Source of the DNA: an uncultured Actinomycetes bacterium
GTDB taxonomy: Bacteria; Actinomycetota; UBA4738; HRBIN12
Assembly: GCA_963704885.1 (NCBI GenBank)
Contig: CAVPIB010000001.1
Span: forward strand, 800,001 to 864,000
Length of the DNA stretch: 64,000 nucleotides
Direction of reading: 5' to 3'
Below, one piece after another: positions 62,809 to 64,000 of the stretch (its first letter is position 1; every line of letters begins with the position of its first letter). A program made the translations under genes and the position numbers. Under the pieces are notes generated by a model. It saw only the letters and a program-made list of their open reading frames with translations. It searched no databases and was not told where the DNA came from.

Positions 62809-63882
62809 TCAGGCGGACGCAGCCTCCGCGATCGCCCGCCCGACCTCCTCGGTGCTCGACGTGCCTCCAAGGTCCGGCGTGCGGACGGCGCCGGCGTCCA
62901 GTACCGCGTCCACGGCCCGCTCCACACGCTCCGCAGCCCCTCGTTCGCCCAGGAAGCGGAGCATCATAGCCCCCGACAAGATCATGGCGATCGGGTTGGC
63001 CAGGCCCCTGCCGGCGATGTCGGGCGCGCTCCCGTGCACGGGTTCGAAGACGGCGTACTCCCAACCGATGTTGGCGCCGGGGATGAGCCCGAGCCCACCC
63101 ACCAGGCCGGCGCACAGGTCGGAGAGGATGTCGCCGTAGAGGTTGGGGAGCACCAGGACGTCGAACATCTCCGGCTCCCACACCAGGCTCATGGAAAGGT
63201 GATCGATCTGGATGTCCTCGAACCCGATGTCGCCTCGAACGACCGGGTCGGCGGCGATCTCCCGAAACGTCTTGAGGAACAGGCCGTCGGAGTAGCGCAT
63301 CACGTTCGACTTGTGACCGAGTGTGACCTTGTGCCGACCGTTGAGCCGGGCGTACTCGAACGCGAACCGCACGATCCGCCGAGCTCCGGCGACCGAGATG
63401 GGCTTGAGCGTGATCCCCGCGTCCTCGCGAACCTCGAAGCCGGCGAGCGAGTGGAGCTTCTCGCGGAGAGCTGCTGCCTCGGGCGAGCCGCGCTCGAACT
63501 CGAGCCCTTGATACAGGTCCTCGGTGTTCTCCCGGATGACGACCAGATCTGTCTCGGGATGCTTGATCGGAACGCCGGGAAGTCCGCGGGCGGGTCGGAC
63601 CGCCGCGAAGAGGTCGAGCTCCTGACGCAGCGCGACGTTCACGCTGCGGAATCCGGTGCCCACCGGGGTCGTGATCGGGCCCTTGATCGCGACGCGGCAC
63701 TTACGGATCGAATCGAGCGTGGCGTCTGGCAGCAGCGCTCCGTGGGTCTGCAGCGCTCTCGCTCCCGCCACCGCGTCGACCCACTCGATGTTTCCGTTCG
63801 CCGCATCCAACACCGAACGGGTCGCCGCGGTGACTTCAGGTCCGATGCCATCCCCTGGGATGATGGTCACGCGATGCGTCAT
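62809..63882 (-). CDS. icd: Isocitrate/isopropylmalate dehydrogenase family, IDH-like paralog 2 (NAD-type motif)
   Basis: IPGDGIGPEV, SVNVALRQ, RENTEDLY, HKSNVM, NLYGDILSD, FEPVHGSAPDIAG. Confidence 0.85.
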   Translation of the reverse strand: MTHRVTIIPGDGIGPEVTAATRSVLDAANGNIEWVDAVAGARALQTHGALLPDATLDSIRKCRVAIKGPITTPVGTGFRSVNVALRQELDLFAAVRPARGLPGVPIKHPETDLVVIRENTEDLYQGLEFERGSPEAAALREKLHSLAGFEVREDAGITLKPISVAGARRIVRFAFEYARLNGRHKVTLGHKSNVMRYSDGLFLKTFREIAADPVVRGDIGFEDIQIDHLSMSLVWEPEMFDVLVLPNLYGDILSDLCAGLVGGLGLIPGANIGWEYAVFEPVHGSAPDIAGRGLANPIAMILSGAMMLRFLGERGAAERVERAVDAVLDAGAVRTPDLGGTSSTEEVGRAIAEAASA

Positions 63883-63959
63883 GTGGGGGCGAGCTTATCC
63901 GCACGAACCGCGGCGGACGCCCGAACGTAGTACCTGGGTCCGGCGATCGGGGAGGTTCC

Positions 63960-64000
63960 ATGAAACGGCTCACGGTTCTCACCGCTCTAGTTCTGATCGT
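63960..64000 (+). CDS. 5' end of a probable secreted protein (partial)
   Basis: GGAGG SD then MKRLTVLTALVLI, a signal-peptide-like start. Confidence 0.55.
   Translation, partial: MKRLTVLTALVLI

Overview
High-GC, gene-dense core-genome segment, most likely from a deep-branching Actinomycetota (inference from gene order, GuaB3, class E sortase, the sucCD-purNH-folD arrangement and many TANNNT-leaderless starts). It contains the end of the spc operon (rplN-secY), adk-map, infA-rpmJ-rpsM-rpsK-rpoA-rplQ (no rpsD), truA, rplM-rpsI, glmM-glmS, acpS-nnr-alr-udg-tsaEBD-rimI, CIRCE-groES-groEL, an alkaline-phosphatase-superfamily gene coupled to cysC, pirin, guaB3-guaA, sortase, pcrA, a GH9 glycosidase, a cyclase/SDR/cyclase/DMFase-like cluster, sucCD, purN-purH-folD-metF, and gltA, two icd paralogs and mdh. 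I found no rRNA, tRNA, CRISPR array, transposase or phage gene. The most interesting signals are: (1) a leaderless 3-codon ORF (MKV*) abutting a G-rich terminator hairpin ahead of guaB3-guaA, a candidate GTP-sensing attenuator; (2) two LipJ-like hydrolase-cyclase paralogs flanking an SDR, with charge-swapped purine-specificity residues and one dead hydrolase; (3) a 57-aa leaderless microprotein ending CCGNHGQPGC that is missing from the ORF track; (4) uL13 with a long Lys/Ala histone-like tail; (5) an intergenic array of four 16-bp palindromes. Several +1 frameshifts (truA and two other genes) are probably sequencing errors. All calls come from reading motifs by eye; no searches were run.
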